Both the position numbers and the translations under genes were made by a program. A stretch of 64,000 bases of DNA from Raillietiella orientalis. Taxonomy: Eukaryota. The notes under the pieces were generated by a model. That model was not told where the DNA came from. It searched no databases and saw only the letters and a list, made by a program, of their open reading frames with translations. Each line of letters starts with the position of its first letter. The first letter of the stretch is position 1. Shown here piece by piece: positions 1-13,420 of this stretch. The stretch lies in NCBI GenBank assembly GCA_036172245.1, contig JAYWIR010000013.1:1736001-1800000 (forward strand). The letters are read 5' to 3'.

Positions 1-399
1 TCTTAGGAGAGTTCCCATCTGCGTCTGCCTGCCGCACTGCACCAGAACGCGGCAGGGTGACCCCGCACGGTCGTCGTTCCCATCACGGCATCCCTGGAAC
101 CTCACCGTCGGCATCTTGGCACTCGGGAAAGTCTCCCGGAGGACCCCACGCTGTGAGGAGCAGATTCTGCAGCTAGGAGACGATGGGTCGCGTTCCGATA
201 TCCGAGAAGGGAAACCGGAAGTGGCGGGAGGATTCGCCTTCCCGCCCTGCACGAAGGGAAAGGTCCCTTTGAGACTTCGGGCGATGATCCCAGTCTCGGA
301 AAGAGGCGGGTCTTGTCTCTCCGAGACTTTTCCTAGCGCCCCGGACCGATCCACCACCCTCCATCGCATCATGCTCCCGGCTGCATCCGCGAAAATCTC

Positions 400-800
400 C
401 ACGGATATTCCTCGTCTCGCGCGGGAGAGATTCGAATGCCCGCTTGCATCACCACAGGATCCCGAGGCGGGTGGATTCTCAGGGATGGATTCTTTGGAGA
501 GCTTCGCCCTGCTGTTATGCTTGGCAACGCCCGTTTCCGTTGGCAACCAGCGGTTCTCCAGTGGCTTCGAGACGAACGCGGCCTCGTGCTGGAAGAGGCC
601 GCCGGCAGCTCGCCGATGCCGTGGACTCTTCTCAGATGGATGCTCTCCCGTGGACAAGCAGGGACAGAGGGGGAGGAAGGAAGTGGAGCCTCTCCCCGAG
701 GGAGAGGGGTGGACAGCCCTGCTGTCGAAGGGCGAAACCCTGCGGATTTCTGGATCGATCTGAGGGTTCCGTGAGCTGCCCACCATCTCTCCCTGGACCC
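400..800 (+). mobile_element. Degenerate LINE ORF2 fragment (post-endonuclease linker)
   Basis: FRWQPAVL and NPADFWIDLR resemble the L1/Tx1 linker after APE. Weak motif match only. Confidence 0.3.
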
Positions 801-1179
801 TCGGAAGGACGGACCTTTCGACTTGATCCGCCGGGACAACGGGCGCTGCCCGGTATCCGAGGAACGGAATCCGAGGCAGCGCCATTCGCGAGGAGGAGAT
901 CCCTCGGATGCAGTGCAGCTTCTCCGGTCCCTGCGAAGCGAAGGAGGAAGGGGCAGGAAGCGTTCCAGACGGTGGCCGCTGCGACCGCAGCCTCCTCGCG
1001 AAGTTCCCACAAACTCTTCCCACTGGGGTAGGAGATTCGACCGCAGGACGCCCCTCAGAACCCAGACTGCTGGCGGGATCTCGCTCTTTCCGACTTTTCT
1101 TTCCCCAGTCCGAAAAAACGCAGCGCTCCCTAGGCCTCCCGCTTCCCACTTACGGGCAGCGCTCTACGGATGGAGGACT

Positions 1180-1620
1180 TTAGCAGCCCCGCAGGCAGCC
1201 GGAAGCTGCTCTTCGGACGAGGCACTCAGCAGCAGTCAGAGGCACCGCCGGGAGATTCCCATTAGCGTGAAGCTGCTTGTAAACCGAAGCTCTCTGGGAT
1301 CGCTCTGGAAGATGCAGCATCACGGAGCATGCTGTGCAACGCGTTTCCCGACCAAAGGCACACGCGGACCGACCTCTGTAGGGCAGCAAACTGGTCGAGG
1401 TCATCATCTGATGCCCCTTGCCGTGAAAGGGTTGCCCCAGGGGAAGGAAACCGCGTCTCCTGGATGCTCTCGTCACTCGAAAAGAACGACCCTGTCGATC
1501 TGCTCAGCAGACGGAAAGAAGGAATCGAATTCGGGGAGACTTCCAGCCGTCCGGAGAGATCCTGCCCCGTCTACCCAAGGACGAGCGTGGTCGCAGCAGC
1601 TGACCAGACAGGTAAGAGGT
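1180..1620 (-). mobile_element. Degenerate LINE RT N-terminal fragment
   Basis: RISPDG resembles KSPGPDG, followed by SLLPYRG resembling LIPKxG. Frameshifted. Confidence 0.3.
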
Positions 1621-2279
1621 CCCCTGCTGCACAACAGTAGAAACCACGATCTCTGGGGTACCGGGACACCAAGCGTTCGCTCTCAAGGGTAGGTGGGTAA
1701 TCCCGGCATCTCCCTGGACGAAGTGGCTCTGCTCTTCGTCCTCCCGGATGCTCCGACCCTTCCCCTTCATTGCCAGCCACAGGCACTGGAGGACGCTCCT
1801 CTCACACTGGGGTTCCCCGTGCAGCCAACACTTGGGTCGCCGAACGAGAGGGAATGCATCCTTGCACTGTGCCAGGTGGGTGGGCGGCGGAAGCGCCCTC
1901 CCTCGTGCCTGCTTCCAGACCGAGTCTTCCTCTTGGCAGTGGATGGCAACCAGTGGCGACAGTAGCAGCCCTGCTTCTCCTGTATCCCGATCGCAAAGAT
2001 CGCAAGATCGGGCCATCCCTCTGAGATCTCCAGCCCTGGTCACTCCTTCGTTTCCTGCATCCCACGATCGCAAAGATCTCGAGACGATCGCTCTGACGAG
2101 CACCCCGGTACTCCTCTGTCGGTGGGACGGGCGCCCGGTCCTCTGCAGCTGCCCCCTTCCTTTCTATCGCACCCTGTCGTTCTTCAGCATGAGACCAGGG
2201 CACCAGGACGCACCCGTTGTTGTTGCTTCCCTTTCGTCCTGGAGCCGGTCCTAGTCGCGGTTCGGTATTTCTTTCGTGG

Positions 2280-3110
2280 ATGGGTCGATTTGGACCACCA
2301 GCACTCGCTCTTCTTCCGGACCTCCTTCGATCCGCGCCGGCAGCTCGTCCCGGCCTCTTGATGACCGATTCATCGTCCCGGATGCAGTGGTTGAGGGACT
2401 CCTCTCCCATGCAGCACCCGAGATGCGGGAGACCGATTCGTCCCTGCACCTCTCGTTGGACCTCAGCGCCCTGGAGAACGTGTGGCGGAGACAAGCCTCG
2501 GCGCTCCGCCACCGCTTTCGGACTCGCTGCATCGTTTCTTCAGCAAGGCGGACTGATAGCGAACGCTGCCATCGCAACGGTCCGTCGCATCCGCGCCGAA
2601 GTGACAGTCCGTCCCGCGCTAGAGTCTCGTTCGCAGCGAAGGAAAGCCAAAGCACGGCAGCCGCCTTGGTGAGGACCGCTACGAGGTGGCCTAGCCTCCA
2701 AGAAGTCGTCAGGGGACTTCGTCGAAGTCGTCTCCAGCATCCAAAGCCGCTTCTAGGAAGCAGCTGTGGATGCTGTCGGCCGCTGAATTCCAGAGTGGCT
2801 ATCACTGGAGGTTCCTGTGAACGCTTGGCTGCAGGTCGCTTGGACCAGCCCGGAATCGCATCCCACAGCGGGAAAGATGGGGCCAGCTCTGTCCCCCTCC
2901 TCAGATCAACAAACCTTTGGCCCGCGTGCCTCCGGTTCGTTCCAGGATTCCGCGGGGCGGAGCGGAAGGGGGTTCCAGCACTCCTTTCTAAGGAAGGGAG
3001 ACGACGGGACCCCCCGTCCCGAGAACTGGAGGCGGATAAAACACTTTTTAAGGGAGATGCGTAACAGAAACACCTCCATTCGCAACCCTTCCCCCTTTCC
3101 TCTCTCCCGT
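2280..3110 (+). mobile_element. Degenerate L1/Tx1-like LINE ORF2 C-terminus and 3' region
   Basis: ETDSSLHLSLDLSALENVW matches the C-terminal CxxC..ETxxHLxxxCxxxxxVW motif. The end resembles the other copies. Confidence 0.55.
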
Positions 3111-3117
3111 CTGGGAA

Positions 3118-3780
3118 GGCGATGCCCCGTTGACTGGCCGGGACGGGAAGGTTGACTCTCCAGGGTCCTTCCAGGAATCAGGTCGTCGGTTCCCCTTGGG
3201 GTTCCCCTCCGGTTGAGAGAAGGGAGCCGCTTTCCACCCCTCTAGAGGACCCCCCATAGCTTTCCATGGAGACGGTTGATCCCTCCATCAGGGCTGGACT
3301 CTCCAGAATATCAGAAGCTCTTCCTTCGGAGAGGGCCCTTCCTAGATAATTGGGAAGAAACCCTTCGGTGTCCTCTTCCGGGGAGGAGGAAAGACTTTTT
3401 CCTGGTTGCCTCCGAAGAAAACGAGTACGGGCCCCACAAACCGGGGGCTCCCTCCAGAGAGAACAAGGAAGAGATTCTTCCCTTCGGGGTTCCCTTCGAA
3501 AATACTCAGGGAGAGGGTCACCTTCGGGGTTCCCTCCCAATAATGAAAGGAACAGACTCCTCTTCCCTTCGGAGCACTCCTGGATCCAGCTGGGTGGTCC
3601 CCACCCGGAGTACCCCCAAACTTGAATAATGACACCCCCTGATGGAGTGTGGCGGTGTCAAAGAGCTTCGTAAACCTCCTCCACGAGGAGGCGGACGCTT
3701 CTTCAGAACCTTTGGGAACTGAAAAAAAAAAAAAAAGGGGTAAGAAAGATGGAAGGAAGCAGCGGGAACAGAAGAATCCT
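3118..3780. repeat. Dispersed repeat family copy A (CTTCGG-rich internal repeats)
   Basis: Aligns by eye with 15930-16490, 11480-11540, 56050-56125 and 57400-57500. Example shared block: ccctccagagagaacaaggaagagattcttcccttcgggg. Confidence 0.75.
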
Positions 3781-4899
3781 AGTCTAGCTCCCGGGGGATG
3801 AGCCCACGCGCACCGCATGCCACACGCGCGCGCACCTTCCCATGTTCCACGACTGGCAGGGAGGCGCACGCCACCCGATAGCGTGAACACGTGGGCGTAT
3901 GCTCGCTTGCACGAACGTGTGTATGTGTACACGCTTGCGTCCTCAGGGAGAAACGGCCATTCCCTCCGCAAGGACAAAAAAAAAAAAGACCGCCAACCTT
4001 CGGCTCCGTGAGCTGTAGCGATTACACAGCCTCGTGTCCTATGCTGAAAACGATGACGTCACGTGACTGGCGTACTGACCGCAGTGCCTCGTAAGGTTCT
4101 GCCGCACCGGGAAAACAACGCTGGGCGGAGTGAGACAGGAACTCTATTCTTCCGTCAGCTTTCAAGGTCAATCGCGTAGACCCTACTGAAGCCTGAAGCA
4201 TCCCCACCGGTGCGCTCCCGCGCCCGAAGAGCACTCGCACCCCTGGGCTGGGACCGTTGGGACACCTCTCCCGCATGGTGCACTCTGTGCCTCATTCGAC
4301 CCGTACAAGCTCAGGTCACACACGCGCTGTCTCCGGCGAGCGAGCGCTCCCGTTGTCATGTGAGAGTCGGACGAGAGTGAGGCGTCTGTGGATTCGCTCG
4401 GCACGCACGCCGAGCGCGTGACGACTGGCGGGTCGCACGTCGGGCGCGCCGGACGGCCGGCCGTCGACGTGCCCTGGGGCCACCCGGGACGAGCCGACTC
4501 CCGCCTGATGAATCGAGGAGCCTCTCCTTCCCGCTTGCCTCTTGGGAGACCATCGAACCGGAGCACTCCGGGCGGCGAGAGATAAGATGGAGCGCCGCTC
4601 GGAGGCGATTCACCAGTGCCCGCCGACTTCCAGCCGGCGATGGTCCGCGACCGCGGCTGGTGTGCCGCGGGGGATGACCTCACGACAATGCGCTTGAGAG
4701 ATCTCTCCGACCCTAGTCGGTGCTCCCCGACTGGAGCGTGGCTGTCGTCGTTCCAGGCCTGCGCCTTCGCCCTCCGCCAGCGCACCTACGGTAAAAATAG
4801 CCACTGAGCCACCAGCCGGAGTCGCTGCGAGCGACCGGCGACATGACAACTTAGAAGCCATCTTTTCTCCATCCACATGGATGGCGGCTTTTATTCACA

Positions 4900-5450
4900 C
4901 AACAAGCATGCTGGCGAGGGACGTAGCCTGGGGAGTTCCCCACCATTTCAGGAGATCAGGTCATCCCCTGCTTCCTCCGGACGAGTCTGGGGTTCTCCTG
5001 GGGGCGACTTGAGACCCATGGACCGACCGGTGCTTTCCTCCTGGGGGAGTCTGCTGCCGGAGCGATCCGGCTTGCTGCTTGAACTGGTCGCCCTGGAGGC
5101 CTCACGTGGACGCCGGCACCCCTTCAGAGGAGGGCAGGATGGCGCCTGACAACCCCTTGCTGCCGGGACTCTCCGGAGACTACGCTAGGCTCTCGAAGGG
5201 GCTAGCGGAAACGCCAGCGCGACTGCCTTTCCTTCGCCCTGGAGCACTGGGGTGGATCGACGATAAATTGGCCTCCATTACCGACCGGTACCGGTTGGTC
5301 AGAGGCCGCCAACAGCCTCCTGGCCACGACCGGTTGTCGCTGGTCACATTTGTGTGGCCGATGCAGTGGTCCATTGAGGAGTTCTTCTCTCGCCACACCC
5401 CTCCCGCCATCCCTGGCGGGTCGACGCTCGCAGGATCGACGGCCCACTGA
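4900..5450 (+). mobile_element. Degenerate LINE APE endonuclease fragment
   Basis: LPFLRPGALGWIDDKLAS...PGHDRLSLVTF resembles PTF..SxIDxxL..SDH at the APE C-terminus. Confidence 0.5.
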
Positions 5451-5955
5451 TTGCATGGGCGATTCCGCCGAAAGAACCAGAGCTCTTCCCGTCGAGGGAA
5501 GGTCGAGCCCGTCGCGCGCGGTGTGACGTTCCCTCTATCGGGAGCGCGCTCTTCTTCTCGCGAGGGACATTCACTCTCCCCGGAGCTCCCAGGACGAAGA
5601 TTGCCCCCCTTTCCGCCTGATGATCGAAGCCGTCGACCGCCCGACGGCGATTTCTGGCTCGTCCTCCTCGAACATCCGTTTCATCTCCGTCCAGACAAAA
5701 GCTCTTCCGTCCGGGTTCTTCGTGCTGATGCCGATGCTCTTCGTCGGGCCAGCAACGTCCCCGGACGCGATACCTTCCCTCCAGATCCTTTCCAAGCGAG
5801 TCGGCCTTTCCCTTCCTCTGCCAACTCATTCCCTAACCTGCTTCATACACGACGAACGCGCCCCACTTTTGATCCCCATTTCAGCGGGGTCTCCAAGCAG
5901 TTTCGTCGGGGGAAGATCTGAAACCGAGATCGTAGTGGTCCTCTTCTTTCCCTCA

Positions 5956-6508
5956 TTAAAAGAAGCCGACCCGAGCTTGCAGCAATCGCATCTGTTCCCT
6001 CGGAACCTTCCTGTTCGAGTCTGCACCTGGACCCTTCTTCCAGGTCAAACTTTTCCTGACCTCCTCCGCCACGCCATCCGCTGTGGAAGTCCCATTCTGA
6101 ATCTCCTGGGGGTGAAATACCTCAGTCACACCGGAGCGTCTGTCTAACAGGAACAAACCATCTGGGTACACGCTGGTTCCTAACTGGAAACAGAAAAAGT
6201 TGAGGAAAAGGATCCACACCGACACGCGGTTCGGGACCTCCGAAAGTCCGGAACGGGAGGGAGGGGACGAGAAATAAACATGGGAATACGGGAAGGATGG
6301 AGCAAAGATCTCTGGTGCCTCTTCTCGAGAAACAAAAAATCAGGAAAAATTTGGAGCGAATGGGCAGAAAAAGGAACGAGGAGAAGCGTGGGAGCAGAAA
6401 GTTTCCTGTTCCGCCGTTCCTTCTTTTCGGGCCGCCGGCGATCTCCGCCTTTACTTCCTCTTCCAGGTGGAACCACTTGGCAGCCGCCCTCATGTGGGCG
6501 TCTGCCAT
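5956..6508 (-). pseudogene. Possible two-exon short gene or gene relic of unknown function (about 93 aa)
   Basis: Exon 6508-6455 (MADAHMRAAAKWFHLEEE), GTAAAG donor, T-rich ttctgtttccag acceptor at 6184, in-phase exon 6183-5956. GTGACGTCAC lies just upstream at 6551. No recognised homology. Confidence 0.25.
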
Positions 6509-7149
6509 CGCGGTGACCTCCCCTTCTCTGCGTCTGCGCCATGGTGGGTCGTGACGTCACGGTGCGGACGCGACCCACTGTGGCTACCTGTTACTGCACC
6601 CGCCGAAAGTCCGTCGTGCAAGAAAAGACGCCGCAGCAGGTCTCACAGGCGATGTCTCATTGGTGCAGGAGCTCTGGAGCCGGTCTACGCCATAGTTCTT
6701 CAAGGGCACCACAATGACGTGGACCAGCAACCATTTCTTCCTTCTCGGAAAGAAAAAGAAGAGGAAAGGAAAAAACGAAATTTTCCTCCGCACAGATGCC
6801 TCTTCTATTGCTGCAGTCCCTATCGGCCTCCCGCTCGTCGTCACCCATCCCAGGAAGGCCTCTTCTCTCCTTGGACTTTACTCCACAGAGGAAAGTCTGA
6901 GGCTGAGTCCTTATACCGGCCTTCGAGTCTCTGCCGTTATTGCAGGATGCCCTGGACGGCGGAAGATGCTACAGGACCGGGCCCTCCGAGAGCCCCCGAC
7001 GAAGACACGCTCTTCAAAGCAACGCCTGCGCTCGACGCTGCGCGTTCGAGGACACTGACCCACTCTCACATCGGCTGACCAGGGGGGTTGGGAGGCCCTG
7101 GCGCGCGAACCTTCGGCAGGCTCAGCGAAGAGGGCGTGAACTGGGGCAC

Positions 7150-10100
7150 CCTATTCCAACCCGCTAATGCCTGCCCGAGAGAGGATGGGAACGAATAACA
7201 GGCGACACAACAAAACTGCGAGGACAGGGGCTGCAAGAGGCAAAGACTGCTTCGACGGTTCCCTGCTTCCTGCTGATCGAGGACGAAGGATGATTCACTT
7301 CAGCCTCAGCTTCATTTGGGAATGCGACTTCATCCAGGAAGACCAGCACCTTTCAGGAGTGATTGCGGCTAACTCGACGGGACTGTTCCCACGCCTTCTC
7401 TCGCGACAAAGAGGGGAAAACTCCGTTGGGTCTCGCTGGCTGGTTCGGGAATGCCACCCCATAAACAACACGGATCATTCCTTGGATATGCAATTTCTCC
7501 CTCACTTTCCTGGGTTGGGCGAATGCTCTTTTCTCTCTCCAATGCAACTTTGGCTCGCAACTCATAGGTGGGGTATCAAAGTACTTCATGATAAATTGCA
7601 AAAAAATTCTCGATGCTCACATACGAGGGAAGGATGCTGCAGGCTGCAGCTTTCCCGAATCCACTTAGGAGCCCGAGGCACGTGAGGATCCCAGGTCTAA
7701 CGCAACAAGAAAACTCCAAGATGGACAGCATGGGTCTCGGGGAATTGGGGTTCGAGACCTGGCTTGCAGCTGCTTACTCTGGAAGCTTACCGCCTGCCGC
7801 ACCTCAACAAAGAGCGCGCGACCGACCATCACCAGCACCGAGGTGGACAGGTGCGTGCCCCCCACAGGACGAGATCGTGGTGCGTCCGACGCTGCCCGGG
7901 AGAACTCACCGGAGCACCACTGCCCGGGAGCGCCATCGAAGGAGGTGCGACAGAGGTGATCACGTAGAGCACGAGCTCGAAGCGAGCGCCTTGCAGCCGC
8001 CGTTTCCCAGACAACTTGCCCAGTGCCGGACGAACGGGAATTCGAAACGCGAAACGGCGCAGATGCAAAGCTGTACGAAGGCAGAGCTGGCGCCACGGAA
8101 GACCATTCCACAGAGGCGGAGTTTCTGGAGGCAGTCGCGTTTCCTTATCTTTGAGCGGTCCGGAATTTCGGTCATCGACATAACCCGATCATCAAGCGGA
8201 TTCCTCTTTGCGGGCGCTCTGAGAGCCCGGGAATCTGTATCTTCTCGCTCATCCTGTTGTCTTTGTCTCTTGCTTGGTCGGGCCGACTCTTTGAGAAGGG
8301 AGCAACCCGTCTGCTGCTGGACCCACCACGCCGCCCTAGCTTTTCTTGCAGCACTTGGTCCACCTGCTTCTTTCGGAAAGGCTCACACTAAATAGGACGT
8401 GCCATCTTCATTGCAGTGAGAAATTCTCCACCGAAAGTCTGCTCCTTGAAACCCAAGCTACCGTTACCTCTGCGTGACCTCCATCTGAAACGACAGAAAC
8501 GAACGAAGGAAATCCTCTTAGAGGTCTTGTTTACAAAACTCAGGGATCATCGCCGGGTGGGGCGATACGTGAACGCCACACGCCCGCCGCACCTCCGCTC
8601 ACGAGCGTACGCATCGAATGAGCGCGCTGACGGAAGAGACAGACACATCGAGAGGGCTGGCGAGGAGGCACCGGACATGCAGGGCGTCCTTCGCCTGGCC
8701 AAGTCCGCATGGGCAATTTGGGATGATTGTCACGTCGGGAACCAAAGCTAAAACTCTGCATCCCCGGAAGGGTGAGGTGGGCTGGAAGGTTCCCTCGCCT
8801 CGGCGTCCGCCTCCCAGAAGATCGAAAGCAGCACACGACAGAGTTTCTCGCAGTTTCCCAATCCCCAACAGACATGACGCGATCGAAAAGGGATAAGAGA
8901 CCTCGTTGCTGTAGAGGGAAGGGACGCCTAGAGAAGCAACAAGGGAAAATCAGTTCCTAAAGGAAGCCTCAAGGGCCGCAGAAAGCTCTAAAGGTCTGCT
9001 GCCGTGGACGAGTGTCACAGTTGCCTTAGGAGCGCCAGCCACCTGCTCTCTGTCCTTACTTCCCTGACATAACGCCTGCGGGGATTACGTTCCACCGCGA
9101 ATGTGCAGAGCGATACAAGAATGAAGACTAGAATTTTGGACGGTCATCGCTTCCTCAGCCTTGCTCGGTAGAACGAAGAATCACCACCGTGACAGCCGAC
9201 TCGGTCAGCATAGAAAGGGTCGCCGTCAACGCACGGGTGAGTTTCTGAGACTTTGGACGCCATGTCGGCACACGAGCGCCGATGCTTTGGGATCCCGAAT
9301 TTGTTGAAAATTCTGAAACTTTATTTGGTGTCAACACCGGCTAAACTGAAGCGACCTGCAGGACACGCCGCCTACAGGATTCTCATTTTCAGCCTAGAAC
9401 GCTGCGGTCAAATCGTCCCATCCTTGGTCCCGTTTGAGTCCGATCCACGCCATTCCGGAGAAATCTGAGACTTTTTGAGCGTGCGCTACGAGCCGGTGAA
9501 GGCGATGCCTTCGTGCATGCACGCTATTTACGGCGGTCTCTTTTTGTGCTTCCGGATTTCGACAGACGATCAGCTGTGGCTCCAGTTTCGGACTCTCGAC
9601 CTCGTGGCGAAGTTGTGAAGCACCACCTGGTGCGACCCTGCACGCTTCCTCGTCCAGCAAGCCACCGGCAAAGTGGGACCTGCGTCCTTCCTTGCACGTC
9701 GTCGATGCCACACCTCTCCCACTGCGGACTGTAGCTCCTCCGACGGGTAGCTATGCTGACCAGGATGAACAACCTGGATCTCCAGACGTCCCGCGAGCGG
9801 TAGCGTCTGATTGCAGGAAACCGCTTGCACGTGGACGAAGAACAACCAGCAATGCCTGGAACAGGCACAGCGATTGCTGTACTGTTTCCACAACAACTGC
9901 TCGCTCCGGGAGATCCTGGAATATCCCAGGACGAGTGCGTGGTCGGTTTGAACCTTCCTGGTCGCGGCGCTATTCTCCCTGAGGGAACACATGGGCGGCA
10001 GCCTTGCGGCTAGATAAGAGCTCACGGTGGAAGTCTCCTCGAGGAGAAAAGAACTGCACAAGTGGACGACGGGCCAACTTACAGACGCTGCGACCCCGAG

Positions 10101-10850
10101 TGCCCCACCTCCTGAACTTTTGCGCTGGGACGAGCTACTCGGTATTCCAGAGTAAGACTCGAAGTGGCCTCCAGTGCTTTTGGATAGACGCAGCTCTCCT
10201 TGAAGTGGCGGGAGTGGGCGCCGATGCTACAGCACTGGGGTCTCCCGTGCAACGCCCGCCGGCATCACCGGACACGGGTGCGTGCGGACTCGAACTGTGC
10301 CAGGTGCAGGGAGCGGAAATCCCTCACACCTGCTTGTGGATTGCGTGCGTCGCCCTCCGGACCCTCTGATAACGCTTTGCTGCAACCCTAGGAAACCCCG
10401 GCGGCAACTTCATATAGACAACGACCCTTCTCGTACGCGGCACCCTTAGCCCTTCTGCCCGCCAAAGGCCGTCTCCAGGCCGCTACGCAGGGTCGTAGCG
10501 GCCTGGAGAGATGGAAGAGGAGAAGAGAGAGACAGGGATGCCACATCTACTTTGCAGTCCGATTCATAAGGATGACAAGAAGATGGTCCCACCTGGAAAA
10601 CATTATCCAGCAACACCTTGCCAGCATCCTGAAGAAGGTGCAAAGGACCGCCGCCAGCAGACAGTGATCCCTTCCCGCACCATCAAAGTTTGTTCATTTT
10701 TATTTTATTTTATTTTTTTGCTTGCCCTCCTCCCTCTGCTGCCGTGGTGGCCCTCACCGCTCTGCGCACCGGTAACCTCCGGCAAGTTCCTGTTGAAACG
10801 GACGTGGTTGGACCACGAGTCCAACCATAGAGGCTCTCCGGAGCTTCCGG
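7150..10850 (+). mobile_element. Degenerate, internally deleted or mosaic L1/Tx1-like LINE (ORF1 knuckle, APE, post-RT, CCHC, 3' UTR)
   Basis: RRRCDRGDHVEHE zinc-knuckle relic at ~7940. IIAGWGD and RRHRTCRASFAW APE-like at ~8550-8700. FGIPNL (GGLGxPxL) at ~9290. HWGLPCNARR..CARCRERKSL.HLLVDC at ~10230-10345. T-rich, hairpin-bearing 3' UTR at 10690-10830. Confidence 0.7.
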
Positions 10851-11269
10851 GTGACAATCAAGCAGATCTCCCGCAGTCATATCTTCTCGAGCTGTGGATG
10901 TGGTCATTTGATTACCTGCCGTTGCCGAAGAGACTCTCGCCTCTTCAACCTCCTGATGGTTCGGGTTGTTCGAGGGCTCATCGGATGGCGCGCTCGATCT
11001 CCTTGCAATCGTGGAGAGCACCCATTTTCGCCGAGGCACCAAAGTTTGAGAAGCGACCCCTGGCCTACGGGTCCGCTTGACGAATGTTCGAAACAACTTC
11101 ACCTCCTCTCGGCCCCCACTAATATCTCCACGACTCACGACATCCTTCTTGGAAATCCGTTCTTCTAGCTGGGGGAGGGGTGAAGCTCGACGCTGAAGGA
11201 AAACCAGGGTGGGCCATCCACAGATCGGAATGAAAGAGGGAACGCCCAGAGATCGAACACACCCTCGTG

Positions 11270-11550
11270 ACCCGCAGCCACACGGTCGTCAACACAGGCC
11301 TGTAATTGTGGTCTCCATGAGTGGTTGTGCCAGGCGCTGCAGGTTCGAATCTCCACGTGGAGGATCGACACAGAAAAATGAGGGGTGCATCGTCGGTTCC
11401 GAGTTTCCCTCCCGCAGGATGGTCGTGGTTGGCCAATAGGCTACGAGTGCGGCACTGGTGGAAACCGGAAACCCCCGGATGCCCCACTGACTGACTGGGA
11501 TTAAAAGTTGACTCTCCGGGACCATTCCAGGACTCGAGGAGCAGGGACTT
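11270..11550. repeat. Dispersed repeat family copy with tRNA T-loop/B-box-like motif
   Basis: GGTTCGAATC at 11342 in the shared context GCGYYGCRGGTTCGAATCYC..ATCGA..AAATG; body matches 15800-15970, 55920-56120 and 3120-3175. Confidence 0.7.
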
Positions 11551-12799
11551 CTGAGCGTGGGCAACCAAAGACAGAGAATAAGAAGGGGCTCTGCAGACCG
11601 AAGGGAACGGGACGCGCAAACACTTTCTGAGGGACTTCCAGAACGCCTTGCTACCGGGAGGACAAACGTGGTGCTGCTCGTCCCGAGCATAGGCATTGCA
11701 TAGACATGTCTGGTCGCCTTCTCCGTCCTTGCTGCCGGAAGACGCACCGTAAAGCCAGGGTCCACAACCGAAAGGTTCGACGGGGACGTCGAGATCATTG
11801 ACCCGCTGCCAAAGACTTCACCCAGCTGCTGACGCGTTTGCGAAAGTGTCGGCCACGAAAGCTACAGAGCTGGGAAGAGGGAGGTGGATGGCTACTTGCT
11901 CCGCGGAAGAATGTTCAGGGATCGGCGAGCGAGTGATTATGCATCTGCGTCTCAGGTTTCCCTTGAACCCCGTTTAAAATACACCTAACCCAACCTAGCC
12001 TTCCGGATTCTGAAGCACACATTCCTGCTAGCTGCTAGAGCTCCTCCGAGAACACATGCTGCGCTTCGGCATTCGCAAAACACAAAAAATACGTGACGTC
12101 AGCGAACGCCAGCTGTTTTCCCGATGAATCGCTCCGTAACGGCGGTCTGCCGGAGTGTTTGTGCACCCGCAGATACGACGGCTATCCTCCCGTTTCAGAG
12201 GGAGCGTCCGTGCTTGCTTGAAGAGAGCGAGGAACGCTTTGCTTCCCGATTTCTCAATGAGCAAAGCGAATGGACAAAGATGGAGAGCCCTTCGTCTCGC
12301 GGTAGACGCAAGACGTGTACTGCATCTTCGTGCTCCTCGCGTGACGAACCACAATCGCAGACTCGAGAAACAGCACAAGTGCACGCGCACGCGTTCTTCC
12401 TTCCTGAGCGCACTCCCGATGGGCTTTTGCGGAACCTTCCTGCGCTGCGACCTCTCAACTTTCGTCCGAACCAAACATGGGAGAACTTCTGAGGATCGGG
12501 GTCCACTCGCGTTTCTTGCGTCCTGCACCAGGTGCTGCTGCCCCCCGAGATTTTCGTCTCCTCGCAGAGAAACTCTATGGCATCCCAACATGAAGTCTTA
12601 GCTTCAGCAACGTGGCGACATCGACCCTGCTTCGTGAGGATTATAGAGAATCAGGCAGCTTGTTTTAGATGAAGTAGGAAGACCCGCCAAAGCGCGTGTG
12701 AAGCGGGAGGTGGGCTCCTCCCAGAACGATTCCTCTGCTACGACCAAGATCACAGAACCAACATGGTGCGCACATCTCCTGGAAGGCACATCCCCTGGG

Positions 12800-13420
12800 G
12801 CGCTGCAAGCCAGGTCAGGTGGCAGCGGCTCCTCTAAACCGCACCGATCCAGCGAATTGCGGAGCTGGGCGATCTTCCTTGGGATACTGGGAAACCCCAC
12901 GGATATTCCAGGAACCTTCGATGATCCCCGTGAAAGATCAGCATTTTCTGGTACCGTTTATCCACTGGGCCCTGCACGGGAACAATCTCTTGCACCACGT
13001 GCTATAGGATAGGGCGTGGACTCCAGATGATCAGCACTGCGGAGATAAGGAGACCCTTTCACATTGGCTCATCCTGTGCCGCGGTCTGCAAGAAAAATGG
13101 GTCAAGGTGGTGCATGACTTGTCCCTTTCTCACCACAGCACGAAAGACCTGTTTGGGCGGTTCCTCCTCAACGACGGTCTCTCGAAGGCGGCTGCGACTT
13201 TATTTATGTGTCACCTACGTGCTGCAGTGACATCCCAGCACTCGAAAGACAACCGAAAACGAAAGATCGACATCCTCCAGGCGTGTAAAGGACTGCTGCG
13301 TACGGCGCGCGCAGATGGGCATATCTGAAGAGGAAGGATCGCGAGGAGCTGGAAGGATACAGCAGGCGCCCAAATCCTGATCACAACCTTTCCTCCCTTT
13401 CCCTTTCCCCCAAATCTGTT
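12800..13420 (+). mobile_element. Degenerate L1/Tx1-like LINE ORF2 C-terminus
   Basis: FIHWALHGNNLL..HCGDKETLSHWLILCRGLQEKW is a C-terminal zinc-finger motif. Confidence 0.7.

Noticed and set aside
3300..3600. CRISPR array or bacterial terminators in the CTTCGG repeats
   Set aside because: Units are degenerate with no unique spacers or cas genes, and the context is eukaryotic.
3722..3736. Poly(A) tail ending a SINE
   Set aside because: Homology with the 16.4-kb copy continues beyond the A-run, so it is internal and may be a minus-strand splice acceptor.
4504..5640. Hammerhead ribozymes at CTGATGA motifs (4504, 5617; also CTGATGA at 56532 and CTGACGA at 52002)
   Set aside because: No stem II followed by GAAA, and no flanking stems.
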